From Candidatus Sumerlaeia bacterium (GTDB taxonomy: Bacteria; Sumerlaeota; Sumerlaeia; SLMS01; JANRJK01), in NCBI GenBank assembly GCA_033764015.1, contig JANRJK010000013.1:64001-128000 (forward strand): a DNA stretch of 64,000 nucleotides, in the 5' to 3' direction. A model generated the notes under the pieces. It saw nothing but the letters and a program-made list of their open reading frames with translations. It searched no databases and had not been told where the DNA came from. This document shows, in pieces, positions 55,823-64,000 of this stretch (its first letter is position 1; every line of letters begins with the position of its first letter). Made by a program: the position numbers and the translations under genes.

Positions 55823-57850
55823 ATGGGCGTGGGAAAGCAGGCGCTCCGCGCGCTCCTACCGATCGTGGCCGTGGCCGCCCTCGCGGTCCTCCTCGCGGGC
55901 TTCCACCACGCCGTCGCCGTCCCTGCCTTCACCGCGGCGGCCAACGGTGGGACGCCGTTCCTCTCGGGACCGCTCTCGTCGCTGCACGCCGAGGATCTCG
56001 ACCGCGGCGGCGCGGCGCTGGCGCGCTACGAGTTCCAGCGCGAGCTGACGCAGCTCTGGCTCGTGGTCCTAGGCGCCGTCCTCGCCGCCGCCGCGTGGCG
56101 TTTCCGCGACGCTCTCCGCGCGCACCTCCGCGAGTACTTCGCCGCCGAGGACACGCCGCTCAACCTCGCCCTGCTGCGCGTCGCGATCTTCGGCTACCTC
56201 GTGTTCCACCTGCGATGGTCCGAAGTGCAGTTCGCCCTCCAACTCCACCCCGACCTCGCGAATCCGGTCTTCGGCCTCGAGCCGGCGGCGTCGATCCTCC
56301 GCGCGCATCCGGCCGCGGCCGAGTGGCTGCACCGCCTGTTCGTCGCGAGCGCCCTCGCCGCCGCGCTCGGCGCCGCCACGCGCGTCACCACCTGGACCGC
56401 GACCCTCTCCGCCTGGGCGCTTCTCGCGCTGGTGCAGACGGTCGGCAAGATCGTCCACGTGAACCACCTCGTCTGGTTCGGGCTTCTGCTGGCGTGCTCG
56501 CGCTGCGGCGATGCGCTGTCGGTGGACTCGGTCTGGCGGGCTTTCCGCAACGCGGACCGCGGCCTTGTGGCGCCGCCGCCGGCCGCGCGCGGCTACGCGC
56601 TGCCGCTGCGCTTCGCGTGGATCCTGGTCGGCGTCCTCTACTTCTTCCCGGGGTTCTGGAAGATCTGGGAGGGCGGCGCCGCGTGGATCTTCGGCGACCA
56701 GTTCAAGCTGATCCTCCACCGCGAATGGGCCAAGTTCCCCGACTGGTCCCCCGCCTTCCGCATGGACCAGTACCCGCTGCTCTACCGCGGCGCGGCGGCC
56801 TCCGGCGTGCTCTTCGAACTGCTCTTCATCGCCGCGGTGTTCCACCCGCTCGCGCGCGCCGGCGCAGCGGTCGTGGGCCTCAGCTTCCACAACCTCACCG
56901 GCCTCCTGCTCAACATCAAGTTCGGCTTCCTCCAGATTGCCTACGTCGCATTCGTCAACTGGCAGATGCTGTTGCGGCGCCTCGGGCGCAGGCTCTTCCC
57001 CGTGGACCTGTTCATCCTCTACGACGGTAACTGCGGCATCTGCCGGCGCACCGTCGCGCTGCTTTGGTCCATCGATTTCGTGGGGCGCACGCGGTACGTC
57101 AACGCGCTCGATCCGGCGGCGCTCGCAAAGGCCGAACTGCACGGGTTCGAGGCGGAGGCGCTCGCCACCGACATGCACGCGGTGCGCGGCAAGGACGTGT
57201 GGCGCGGCTATGACGCGTACCGCTGCCTCGCCGCGCGAAACGTGCTCCTCTGGCCGCTGGTGCCCGTGATGATGCTCGGCCCGGTGCGCTGGATCGGCGA
57301 GCGCATCTACCGCCGCGTCGCCGACAGCCGCGCCTGCCGCGTCCCCTCGCCGGCGCAGCGCCTCCTGGCCGCCCACGCGGCGCCGGATGTCCGCCCCGTG
57401 CTCGCGGCCGGCGCGCTGCTCGTGGCGCTCAACGCGGGCGCGGGCGTGCTCCAGATCGAGAAGGCGTTCCCCTTCGCGTGCTATCCCACCTTCGCCAGCC
57501 CGGTCCGCGACCATAGCCGCTGGCTTTCCATCGAGATCGTGTCCGCCGACGGCGCCCGCCTGCGCGTGGTGGACTTCGTCGCCCAGCGCGACCTGCTCGA
57601 CGCGATCCCCTCGCCGCGCTTCGTCGCGCTCGCGTCTGAGCTGGCGGGGCTGAAGGAGCGCGAGGGGCGCGACGCCAAGACCGCGCTCTACGTCGAGCTG
57701 CTCCGCGCCAACGGGCTCGCGCTGGCGCCCGGCGACACGGTGCGCTGCTTCCGCGAGCTGCGCGCCAACGATCCCGCGCTCGCCGCCGGAGCGCCGCTCG
57801 AGCGCACGCTGCTCTGGCAGCGCCGCGCCGGGTCCGAAGGGCTTGAGTAG
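55823..57850 (+). CDS. Membrane protein: HTTM-like domain fused to DCC1/DUF393 thioredoxin-like domain
   Basis: Multiple TM segments with [25 protein letters not shown], followed by [12 protein letters not shown] and YRRVADSR. Confidence 0.72.
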   Translation: MGVGKQALRALLPIVAVAALAVLLAGFHHAVAVPAFTAAANGGTPFLSGPLSSLHAEDLDRGGAALARYEFQRELTQLWLVVLGAVLAAAAWRFRDALRAHLREYFAAEDTPLNLALLRVAIFGYLVFHLRWSEVQFALQLHPDLANPVFGLEPAASILRAHPAAAEWLHRLFVASALAAALGAATRVTTWTATLSAWALLALVQTVGKIVHVNHLVWFGLLLACSRCGDALSVDSVWRAFRNADRGLVAPPPAARGYALPLRFAWILVGVLYFFPGFWKIWEGGAAWIFGDQFKLILHREWAKFPDWSPAFRMDQYPLLYRGAAASGVLFELLFIAAVFHPLARAGAAVVGLSFHNLTGLLLNIKFGFLQIAYVAFVNWQMLLRRLGRRLFPVDLFILYDGNCGICRRTVALLWSIDFVGRTRYVNALDPAALAKAELHGFEAEALATDMHAVRGKDVWRGYDAYRCLAARNVLLWPLVPVMMLGPVRWIGERIYRRVADSRACRVPSPAQRLLAAHAAPDVRPVLAAGALLVALNAGAGVLQIEKAFPFACYPTFASPVRDHSRWLSIEIVSADGARLRVVDFVAQRDLLDAIPSPRFVALASELAGLKEREGRDAKTALYVELLRANGLALAPGDTVRCFRELRANDPALAAGAPLERTLLWQRRAGSEGLE

Positions 57851-57891
57851 CGGGCGCCGCGCGGCAATCCTCGCCGCACGAGACGCCCCAC

Positions 57892-60129
57892 GTGCCCCCG
57901 CCGATCCGACCCCGCCCCAGCCCCCCGCCGCCAGACCTGCTCGGCCGCACGTCCATCGAGGGCGCCATCGACCTCTTCACCTACCAGTCGCCGGACGGCT
58001 CCTTCGCCGTCGCCCGGCTGCAAACCGAGCACGGCGCCATCAAGATCAGCGGCAACCTGTTCGGCATCGCCAAGGGCGAGCGCGTCCGCGTCGAGGGCGA
58101 ATGGAAGGACCACGAGAAGTACGGCCCCACCTTCGGCGCGACGGCGGTGCTGCCGATCGCCCCGGCGGGGGAGAAGGCCCTCCGGAGCTACCTCGGCAGC
58201 GGCATCCTCAAGGGCGTCGGCGAGTCCTGGGCGAACAAGCTGGTGGACCACTTCGGCACGGAGATCGTTGACATACTCAACGAACATCCGGAGCGGCTCG
58301 CCGAGATGCCCAAGCTCTCCGCGAAGCGCGCGCGCTCCATCGCCGCCTCCTGGGAGGAGAACCGCGAGCGCCACGACGCGCTCATCTTCATCCAGTCCCA
58401 CGACCTCTCGCCCGCCGTCGCCCGACGCCTGGTGAAGTTCTACGGCAACGACGCGGCGCGCGTGCTCCGCTCGAATCCGCACCAGGTGGCGCTCGACGTC
58501 CCGCTCATCGGCTTCCACAAGGCGGACGGGATCGCCGCGAAGATGGGCATCGCGCCCGACTCGCCACAGCGGCTCCGCGCCGGCCTCGTCCATGCGCTCT
58601 CCGCCGCCGCCGAGTCGGGCCACACCTGCATGACCGCCGACGAGCTGGTCGCCAAGGGCGCGGAGCTGATGCGCCTCGATCCCGCGCCCGTCGCCGAGGC
58701 GGTCGAGCGCGCCGCCGCCGAGGGCATCGTCCGCCGCGAGGAGCTCCCGGACGGCACCACGGCCTTCTTCATGCCCTCGATGTACCACTGCGAGCGGGGC
58801 ATCGCGCGCGAGGTCGAGCGGCTGCTGCGCACCGCGCGCCCGCTCGCCGCCGGCGACATCGACGCGCGCATCGCCGCCTTCGAGGAGCGCTTCCGCTTCC
58901 AGCTCGCCGCCAACCAGCGCGCCGCGGTCCGCGCCGCCTGCGGCGGGGGAGTCTGCGTCGTCACCGGCGGCCCCGGCACCGGCAAGACCACGCTGGTCCG
59001 CTGCCTCCTGCACATCCTGCGCGACGAGCCGATCGACGTGGCGCTCGCCGCGCCGACGGGCCGCGCCGCGCAGCGCCTCTCCGAGACCACCCGCGTCGAA
59101 GCCAGCACCATCCACCGGCTGCTCAAGTTCAACGCCGCCACCGGGCGCTTCACGCACGACGCGAACAACCGCCTCCCGGTGCGGCTGCTGCTCGCGGACG
59201 AGGCGTCGATGCTCGACGTGCCGCTCGCGTACTCGCTGCTGCAGGCGGTGATGGACGGCTCGTCGCTGGTGCTGGTGGGCGACGTGGCGCAGCTCCCCTC
59301 CGTGGGCGCCGGCGCGGTGCTGAAGGACCTGATCGAGAGCGGACGCGCGCGCACCGTGCGCCTCAACGTCGTCTTCCGCCAGGCGCAGCAGTCGCTCATC
59401 ATCCAGAACAGCCACCGCATCCTCGCGGGCCAAATGCCGCTCGCGGGCGACGGCGAAGGGGCGGACGGCAAGCCCGCCGACTACTTCTTCATCCCGCGCC
59501 CGGAGCCCGAGGCCATCGTCCAGACGATCCTCAAGCTCGTCACCGAGCGGATCCCGCAGCGCTTCGGCTTCGACCCGATGGAGGACGTGCAGATCCTTTC
59601 GCCGATGCGCCGCGGCCCCATCGGCACCATCGAGCTGAACCGCGTACTCGCGCAGACGCTCAACCCCGACGCGCCGCCGCTCAACGGCACCCACGTCCGC
59701 GTCGGCGACCGCGTGATGCAGACCGTCAACAACTACGACCTCGACGTGTTCAACGGCGACATCGGCAAGGTGTCGGGCGTGGACATGGAAACGGGCGAGC
59801 TGCGCGTCCAGTTCGGCCGCGGCGTCGTCTCCTACCCGGGCGACCAATGGGACCAGCTCGACCTCGCCTACGCGGTCACCGTCCACAAGTCGCAGGGTTC
59901 CGAGTACCCCGTCGTGGTGATGCCGCTGCACACCACGCACTTCGTGATGCTGCGGCGTAACCTGCTCTACACGGCGGTGACCCGCGGCAAGAAGCTGGTC
60001 GTCGTCATCGGCACGCACCGCGCCCTCGCGCTGGCGGTGAAGCAGAACGAGGAGGAACTGCGCCGCACCGCGCTGCGCCAATGGCTCCTCCGGCCGCCGC
60101 AGGACGCGGAGGAGCTGTTCGAGACCTGA
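57892..60129 (+). CDS. recD2: RecD2-like ATP-dependent SF1B helicase
   Basis: Motifs IGFHKAD, GGPGTGKTT, APTGRAA, DEASM, GDVAQLPSVG, FRQ, AVTVHKSQGSEY, YTAVTRGK. Confidence 0.95.
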   Translation: MPPPIRPRPSPPPPDLLGRTSIEGAIDLFTYQSPDGSFAVARLQTEHGAIKISGNLFGIAKGERVRVEGEWKDHEKYGPTFGATAVLPIAPAGEKALRSYLGSGILKGVGESWANKLVDHFGTEIVDILNEHPERLAEMPKLSAKRARSIAASWEENRERHDALIFIQSHDLSPAVARRLVKFYGNDAARVLRSNPHQVALDVPLIGFHKADGIAAKMGIAPDSPQRLRAGLVHALSAAAESGHTCMTADELVAKGAELMRLDPAPVAEAVERAAAEGIVRREELPDGTTAFFMPSMYHCERGIAREVERLLRTARPLAAGDIDARIAAFEERFRFQLAANQRAAVRAACGGGVCVVTGGPGTGKTTLVRCLLHILRDEPIDVALAAPTGRAAQRLSETTRVEASTIHRLLKFNAATGRFTHDANNRLPVRLLLADEASMLDVPLAYSLLQAVMDGSSLVLVGDVAQLPSVGAGAVLKDLIESGRARTVRLNVVFRQAQQSLIIQNSHRILAGQMPLAGDGEGADGKPADYFFIPRPEPEAIVQTILKLVTERIPQRFGFDPMEDVQILSPMRRGPIGTIELNRVLAQTLNPDAPPLNGTHVRVGDRVMQTVNNYDLDVFNGDIGKVSGVDMETGELRVQFGRGVVSYPGDQWDQLDLAYAVTVHKSQGSEYPVVVMPLHTTHFVMLRRNLLYTAVTRGKKLVVVIGTHRALALAVKQNEEELRRTALRQWLLRPPQDAEELFET
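58268..58280. repeat. One-mismatch motif copy TTGAC-ATA-CTCAA (intragenic)
   Basis: Extended arms TCGTTGA...TCAACGA. Uses the rare codons GTT and ATA in recD2. Confidence 0.55.
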
Positions 60130-60138
60130 GCGCGCGCG

Positions 60139-60759
60139 CTACTCCCGCCGCCGAGCCTCGGCCAACGCCTCCGACACGCCAACCTCCAGCTCCGCGAAAG
60201 CCTGTTCGAGCGCCTGCGACCAGCCCTCGGCGAGCAGCGCGGGGTCGCGGCGGTCGATGGGCACGCGCTGGCGCAGTGTCCAGACGCGGCGAGGGCTGTC
60301 GTCCACTACCCATGCGGAGAGCACGGCTTGCAGTTCCACTTCCGCTGCCGGCTCCCGCTGGAAGTCGCCAAGCAGCCGTATCAGATGGATGTCTAGAAGG
60401 TATGGCAGGTGGGTGGACCGGGTCTTCGAGCCCTCTACGGCGCGCTGGAACCCCGCCGACCCCATCCACGCCTTCGCCTGTTCCTCCACCAGATCCTTGG
60501 GCGGAGCGAGAAACCGGTGCCCAAGGTCCGAACGATAGCTGCCGTCCTTGTCGCGGATCACGAACAACTGACCCTCGTATCCCGGCGAAACCGACGCCAC
60601 GCGCAAGTTCACAGTGTCAGCGGGTAGTCCCTCCCGCGGCGGCCCCTCGCGCCGCGCCTCCAGCAGGTAGTGCTTCGTCTCGATGGGGGGCTTCGCGAGG
60701 CGAACGCATCCCGTGATGGCGAGCGCGCCGAGTGCGAGGGCGGCAAGGATCGGCTTCAT
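60139..60759 (-). CDS. ABC-type transport auxiliary lipoprotein (PqiC/DUF330-like)
   Basis: Lipobox ITGC. Last gene of the mlaE-mlaF-mlaD operon. Confidence 0.75.
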   Translation of the reverse strand: MKPILAALALGALAITGCVRLAKPPIETKHYLLEARREGPPREGLPADTVNLRVASVSPGYEGQLFVIRDKDGSYRSDLGHRFLAPPKDLVEEQAKAWMGSAGFQRAVEGSKTRSTHLPYLLDIHLIRLLGDFQREPAAEVELQAVLSAWVVDDSPRRVWTLRQRVPIDRRDPALLAEGWSQALEQAFAELEVGVSEALAEARRRE

Positions 60760-60764
60760 GTGTG

Positions 60765-61898
60765 TTACTCCTCCGGTGGCTTGGGCGGGTCGCCTAGGAT
60801 GAGCGACGAGGGATACTGCTTTGCTACTTCGGACAGGTAGCGCAGGTTTGCCGTGAGCGCGCGCAGGTTCTCCGCGACGGCGCGGAGGTCGTCCTCCCGC
60901 CGCGCGAGCAACTGGTCCATGCGCGCGAGCACCGCTTCGCCGGAGGCCGCCGCTGCGGGGAGCGCCGCCGACGCCTCGCGCAGGTTCGACGCCGACGCGC
61001 TCGCGTCCGAGAGCGCGCTATCGAGCCGCGGGTCGTTCACGAGCGCGTCGAGCCGCGCGGTGAGCGATTCGGCGCGCTCCGCCGTGCGGCGGCTCGATTC
61101 GATCAGAGCGCGGATGTCGTCGCCGGTGCCCGTCAACGTTTCGTTCACGCGGTCGAGGATGTCGCGGGCGTCGGCGGGCAGGCGTTGGATCTCCTCGCGG
61201 TTCAGATAGGCGAGCACTTCGGCGTTCGTCCGCCGCAGGTCCGCCGCGAGCAGCCTGAATTCCCCGGTGAGCCCGGCCACGTCCGCGCCGACGAGCTGCG
61301 TCTCGACGGTGTTGAGAAGGCGGTTCACGTTTCCGGCGAGGGCGGCGAAGTCCGTATCGCCGAGGTTCTTCGCCATGCTCTCGAGCGAGCTGGCGATCTC
61401 GGTGATCCGGCTCGGCATCGAGGGCACGTAGAAGTAGTCCGGCTCCCATGAGATCGGCAGTCCCGGCTCGGGGTCGGGTCCGAAGTAGTCGACCTCGAGG
61501 TACACCAGCCCGGTGATTCCCTGCGACGTGGGGCGCACGCGCATGCCGCGGGCGATCTCGCTCTCGAGGAAACTGACGAACCCGGAGCCGTCCGCTTCGT
61601 CCGAAACCGAAGGATCCAGTTCCGCGCGGATCAGGACGTAGCGCGCCTGCTCCGGCGTCGCCTCCTCGTACGCGGTCCGGACGAAGGAGATCGTCCTCAC
61701 CGAGCCGATGCGGACGCCGCGGTACTTCACCGGGGAGCCCACATCGAGGCCCTGCACGGATTCGTCGAGGTATGTCTCGAGGATGCGGCCCTCCGTGAAG
61801 GCGCTCTTGGCGCCGAGGAGCAGCACGGCGGCCAGCAGCAGGCACGCCCCCCCGAGGACGAACAGGCCAAGCTTGAAGTGGTTCGGTCGTTGGCTCAC
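60765..61898 (-). CDS. mlaD: MlaD/MCE family protein
   Basis: N-terminal TM, ESVQGLDVGSPVKYRGVRIG, QGITG, helical C-terminus ending PSSLILG. Confidence 0.88.
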   Translation of the reverse strand: MSQRPNHFKLGLFVLGGACLLLAAVLLLGAKSAFTEGRILETYLDESVQGLDVGSPVKYRGVRIGSVRTISFVRTAYEEATPEQARYVLIRAELDPSVSDEADGSGFVSFLESEIARGMRVRPTSQGITGLVYLEVDYFGPDPEPGLPISWEPDYFYVPSMPSRITEIASSLESMAKNLGDTDFAALAGNVNRLLNTVETQLVGADVAGLTGEFRLLAADLRRTNAEVLAYLNREEIQRLPADARDILDRVNETLTGTGDDIRALIESSRRTAERAESLTARLDALVNDPRLDSALSDASASASNLREASAALPAAAASGEAVLARMDQLLARREDDLRAVAENLRALTANLRYLSEVAKQYPSSLILGDPPKPPEE

Positions 61899-61901
61899 GG
61901 G

Positions 61902-62669
61902 TCAGTCGCCCTCCGATTCGCGGTGGAAGAATTTGCGCACGAACGGGTGCGTGCCGTGGTCGCGGAGCTCCGCGGGAGTCCCCGTCGCGATGATGGTCTT
62001 CTCGGTCTTCTCCAGCATGATCACGCGGTCCGCGATGGCGAAGATGCTCGCCAGCTCGTGCGTGACGACCACAAACGTGATGCCGAGCGTCCGCGAGAGC
62101 TGGCGGATCAGGTCGTCGAGCCCCGCCGAGGTGATCGGGTCGAGCCCCGCGGAGGGCTCGTCGAGGAAGAGGATCGGCGGGTCGAGCGCCATGGCGCGGG
62201 CGATGGCGGCGCGCTTCTGCATGCCGCCGCTGATCTGCGCCGGCATGTGCCCCGTGTAGTCCGCCAGCCCCACAATCTCCAACTTCATCCGCGCGATCCG
62301 GTTCATCGCGTCCGGCGGCAGCGTGGTGAACTCCTCCAGCGGCAGGCGCACGTTCTCGAGCAGGTTCAGCGAGCCGAACAGCGCGCCGAGCTGGTACATC
62401 ACGCCGATGCGCGCGAGGATGGCGCGCCGCTCCGCGCCGTGCGACTTCGCGATGTCGCGGCCCTCGATCAGGATCACGCCGGCGGCGGGCTCGAAGAGGC
62501 CGATCATGTGCTTCAGCAGCGTGCTCTTCCCGCAGCCCGATCCGCCGAGGATCACGAACACCTCGCCGCGCCGAACCTCGAAGTCCACATCCCGCAGCAC
62601 CACGTCGCCGCGGTAGGCCGCCTCGAAACCGCGCACGGAGATGATCGGGGCCGCGCCGTTCGTTGACAT
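61902..62669 (-). CDS. mlaF: MlaF-type ABC ATPase
   Basis: Motifs GGSGCGKST, ISGGMQKRAAIARAMALDP, DEPSAGLDP, VTHEL. Confidence 0.9.
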   Translation of the reverse strand: MSTNGAAPIISVRGFEAAYRGDVVLRDVDFEVRRGEVFVILGGSGCGKSTLLKHMIGLFEPAAGVILIEGRDIAKSHGAERRAILARIGVMYQLGALFGSLNLLENVRLPLEEFTTLPPDAMNRIARMKLEIVGLADYTGHMPAQISGGMQKRAAIARAMALDPPILFLDEPSAGLDPITSAGLDDLIRQLSRTLGITFVVVTHELASIFAIADRVIMLEKTEKTIIATGTPAELRDHGTHPFVRKFFHRESEGD

Positions 62670-62675
62670 GGTCAA
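62663..62675. repeat. Palindromic motif TTGAC-ATG-GTCAA at the mlaE/mlaF junction
   Basis: Spans the mlaE stop codon and the mlaF start codon. Confidence 0.6.
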
Positions 62676-63802
62676 ATATCCAGGATGTAGAACACGACTG
62701 CGAACAAGCCGTCCAGCAGCACGATGAAGAGGATGCTCGTCACCACCGCGCGCGTGGTCGAGACGCCGACCGCCGTCGAGCCCAGCGCCGTCTGCAGCCC
62801 GCGCAGGCAGCCGACCGCGCTCACCGTGAACCCGAAGACGACCGCCTTGAAGAGGCCCGAGAGCAGGTCCTTCATGGTGACCGTGTCCATCACCTGGTTC
62901 CAGAACGTGACCGCCGGGAATCTCAGCGACAGCATCACCACCAGGCCGCCGAAGAGCCCCGCCAAGTTCGCGAACACCGCGAGCAACGGGGCCGCGAGGG
63001 TGCCCGCCACAACCCTCGGCACCGCGAGGAAGGAAACCGGTTCGAGGCCCATGGTCTTCAGCGCGTTCACCTCGTCGTTCACCTTCATGGTGCCGATCTC
63101 GGCGGCGAAGGCGGAAGCGCTTCGCCCCGCGAACACGATCGCGGTCATCAGCGGCCCCAGCTCGCGCAGGATCGCGAGCGCCGTGAGGTTGGCGATGAAG
63201 ATCTCGGCGCCGAACTGCTTCATCGCGACGGCGCCCTGGAAGGCCATGATGAGGCCCATGAGGAAGCCGACCAGCAGCACGATCGGCAGCGCGTCGACGC
63301 CCGCGCGCTCCGCCACGCGCAGCGCGTCCTTCCAACGGACCGTTCCGGGCCGGGCCGCCGCCGCGCCGAGCGCCGACGCCAGCTCGCCCACGAACGCCAC
63401 CTCGCCGCGCAGGTCCTCGATGATGCGCACGGTCGCTTTCCCGACCTGGTGGGGGAGCGGCTCCACCGTCTCCCGCGCCGCCGGGTCCGGACGCCGGGCG
63501 CGCTCGCGGTCGAACAAGCCGATCAGCCCCCGCAGCTCCTCGGACGCGCCTTCGAACGTCGCGCCGCCCGGATAGCGCGAATCGATCTCGAGCAGCAGCC
63601 CGACGCCCGAAAGGTCGCAGCGCGCCAGCCGCGAGCAGTCCACCACGACCGGGCCCGGCGACGCCTTCGCCGAGCGGTCCAGCTCCGCCCAAAGCGCGGG
63701 CAGCGTCGCCACGGAGAGTTCGCCCTCCACCGTCACCTTCGCGGCCCCGCCCGGGGCCGCTTCGATGTGGATGCGCGCAGTCGTCTCGGGTTCCATCGGC
63801 AT
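62672..63802 (-). CDS. mlaE: MlaE permease with N-terminal STAS domain
   Basis: STAS-like VDCSRLARCDLSG, then RELGPLMTAI, GRSASAFAAEIGTMKV, VPRV, VGVSTTRAVV. Confidence 0.9.
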   Translation of the reverse strand: MPMEPETTARIHIEAAPGGAAKVTVEGELSVATLPALWAELDRSAKASPGPVVVDCSRLARCDLSGVGLLLEIDSRYPGGATFEGASEELRGLIGLFDRERARRPDPAARETVEPLPHQVGKATVRIIEDLRGEVAFVGELASALGAAAARPGTVRWKDALRVAERAGVDALPIVLLVGFLMGLIMAFQGAVAMKQFGAEIFIANLTALAILRELGPLMTAIVFAGRSASAFAAEIGTMKVNDEVNALKTMGLEPVSFLAVPRVVAGTLAAPLLAVFANLAGLFGGLVVMLSLRFPAVTFWNQVMDTVTMKDLLSGLFKAVVFGFTVSAVGCLRGLQTALGSTAVGVSTTRAVVTSILFIVLLDGLFAVVFYILDI

Positions 63803-63937
63803 GCGAATCGTTTCCGCCGTGGGTGCCCCCGACGCAAGCGCTCCCGCCCGGAGAATTCAACAACTTCCTTAGGAAGCGGTTGACGGTAGCGTGGCGAGGC
63901 GTTGGACTAGTCCCAAGCGGAGCGGCGGGGGACGACC

Positions 63938-64000
63938 ATGAAGGCAGGGGCCCGAGTGAACAGAACGATCGCGGTGGCGCTGGCGGCCTTGCCGATGCTC
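63938..64000 (+). CDS. 5' fragment of a probable secreted protein
   Basis: MKAGARVNRTIAVALAALPML looks like a signal peptide and runs off the window. Start could be the GTG at 63956. Confidence 0.35.
   Translation, partial: MKAGARVNRTIAVALAALPML

Noticed and set aside
60608..60620. TTCAC-AGT-GTCAG as a degenerate motif copy
   Set aside because: Two mismatches in a generally AT-richer gene. Not distinguishable from background.
61902..63863. 653-aa ORF suggesting an extended or fused MlaF
   Set aside because: The upstream part is an off-frame read of mlaE. MlaF starts at 62669, 2 nt after the mlaE stop.
1..64000. CRISPR arrays, tRNA/rRNA genes, riboswitches, IS elements, prophage or defence genes
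   Set aside because: No spaced repeats, cloverleaf or T-loop signatures, transposase, integrase or nuclease motifs were seen by eye. A covariance-model search would be needed to exclude small RNAs.

Overview
High-GC (about 70%) bacterial chromosomal window with about 57 densely packed genes, mostly housekeeping. The organism is a diderm: it encodes an LpxL-type acyltransferase, an Mla/MCE ABC system and lipoproteins. The gene style is compatible with a poorly characterised lineage such as Ca. Sumerlaeota or PVC relatives, but this is a guess. I saw no rRNA, tRNA, CRISPR array, transposase or prophage. Recognisable genes include punA, htpG, trpE, sppA, ppiC, tgt, tsaB, aspA, glgC, gmk, coaBC, recD2 and mlaE/F/D, two M16 peptidase pairs, a small polysaccharide cluster and a lipoprotein pullulanase. 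Most notable observations: (1) an AT-rich palindrome, TTGAC-N3-GTCAA, recurs inside coding sequence with matS-like geometry; (2) a three-gene type IV pilin-like cluster contains two copies that are near-identical except for one 97-nt divergent block, each with a sigma54-type promoter, next to a GT-C-like membrane protein; (3) a Bacteroides-type serine palmitoyltransferase is translationally coupled to an M16 peptidase pair; (4) a FolK-TsaE fusion; (5) a B12-binding/MeaB protein corresponding to IcmF without its mutase domain; (6) tandem divergent DUF1232-like paralogues. All family calls come from reading motifs by eye, not from database searches.
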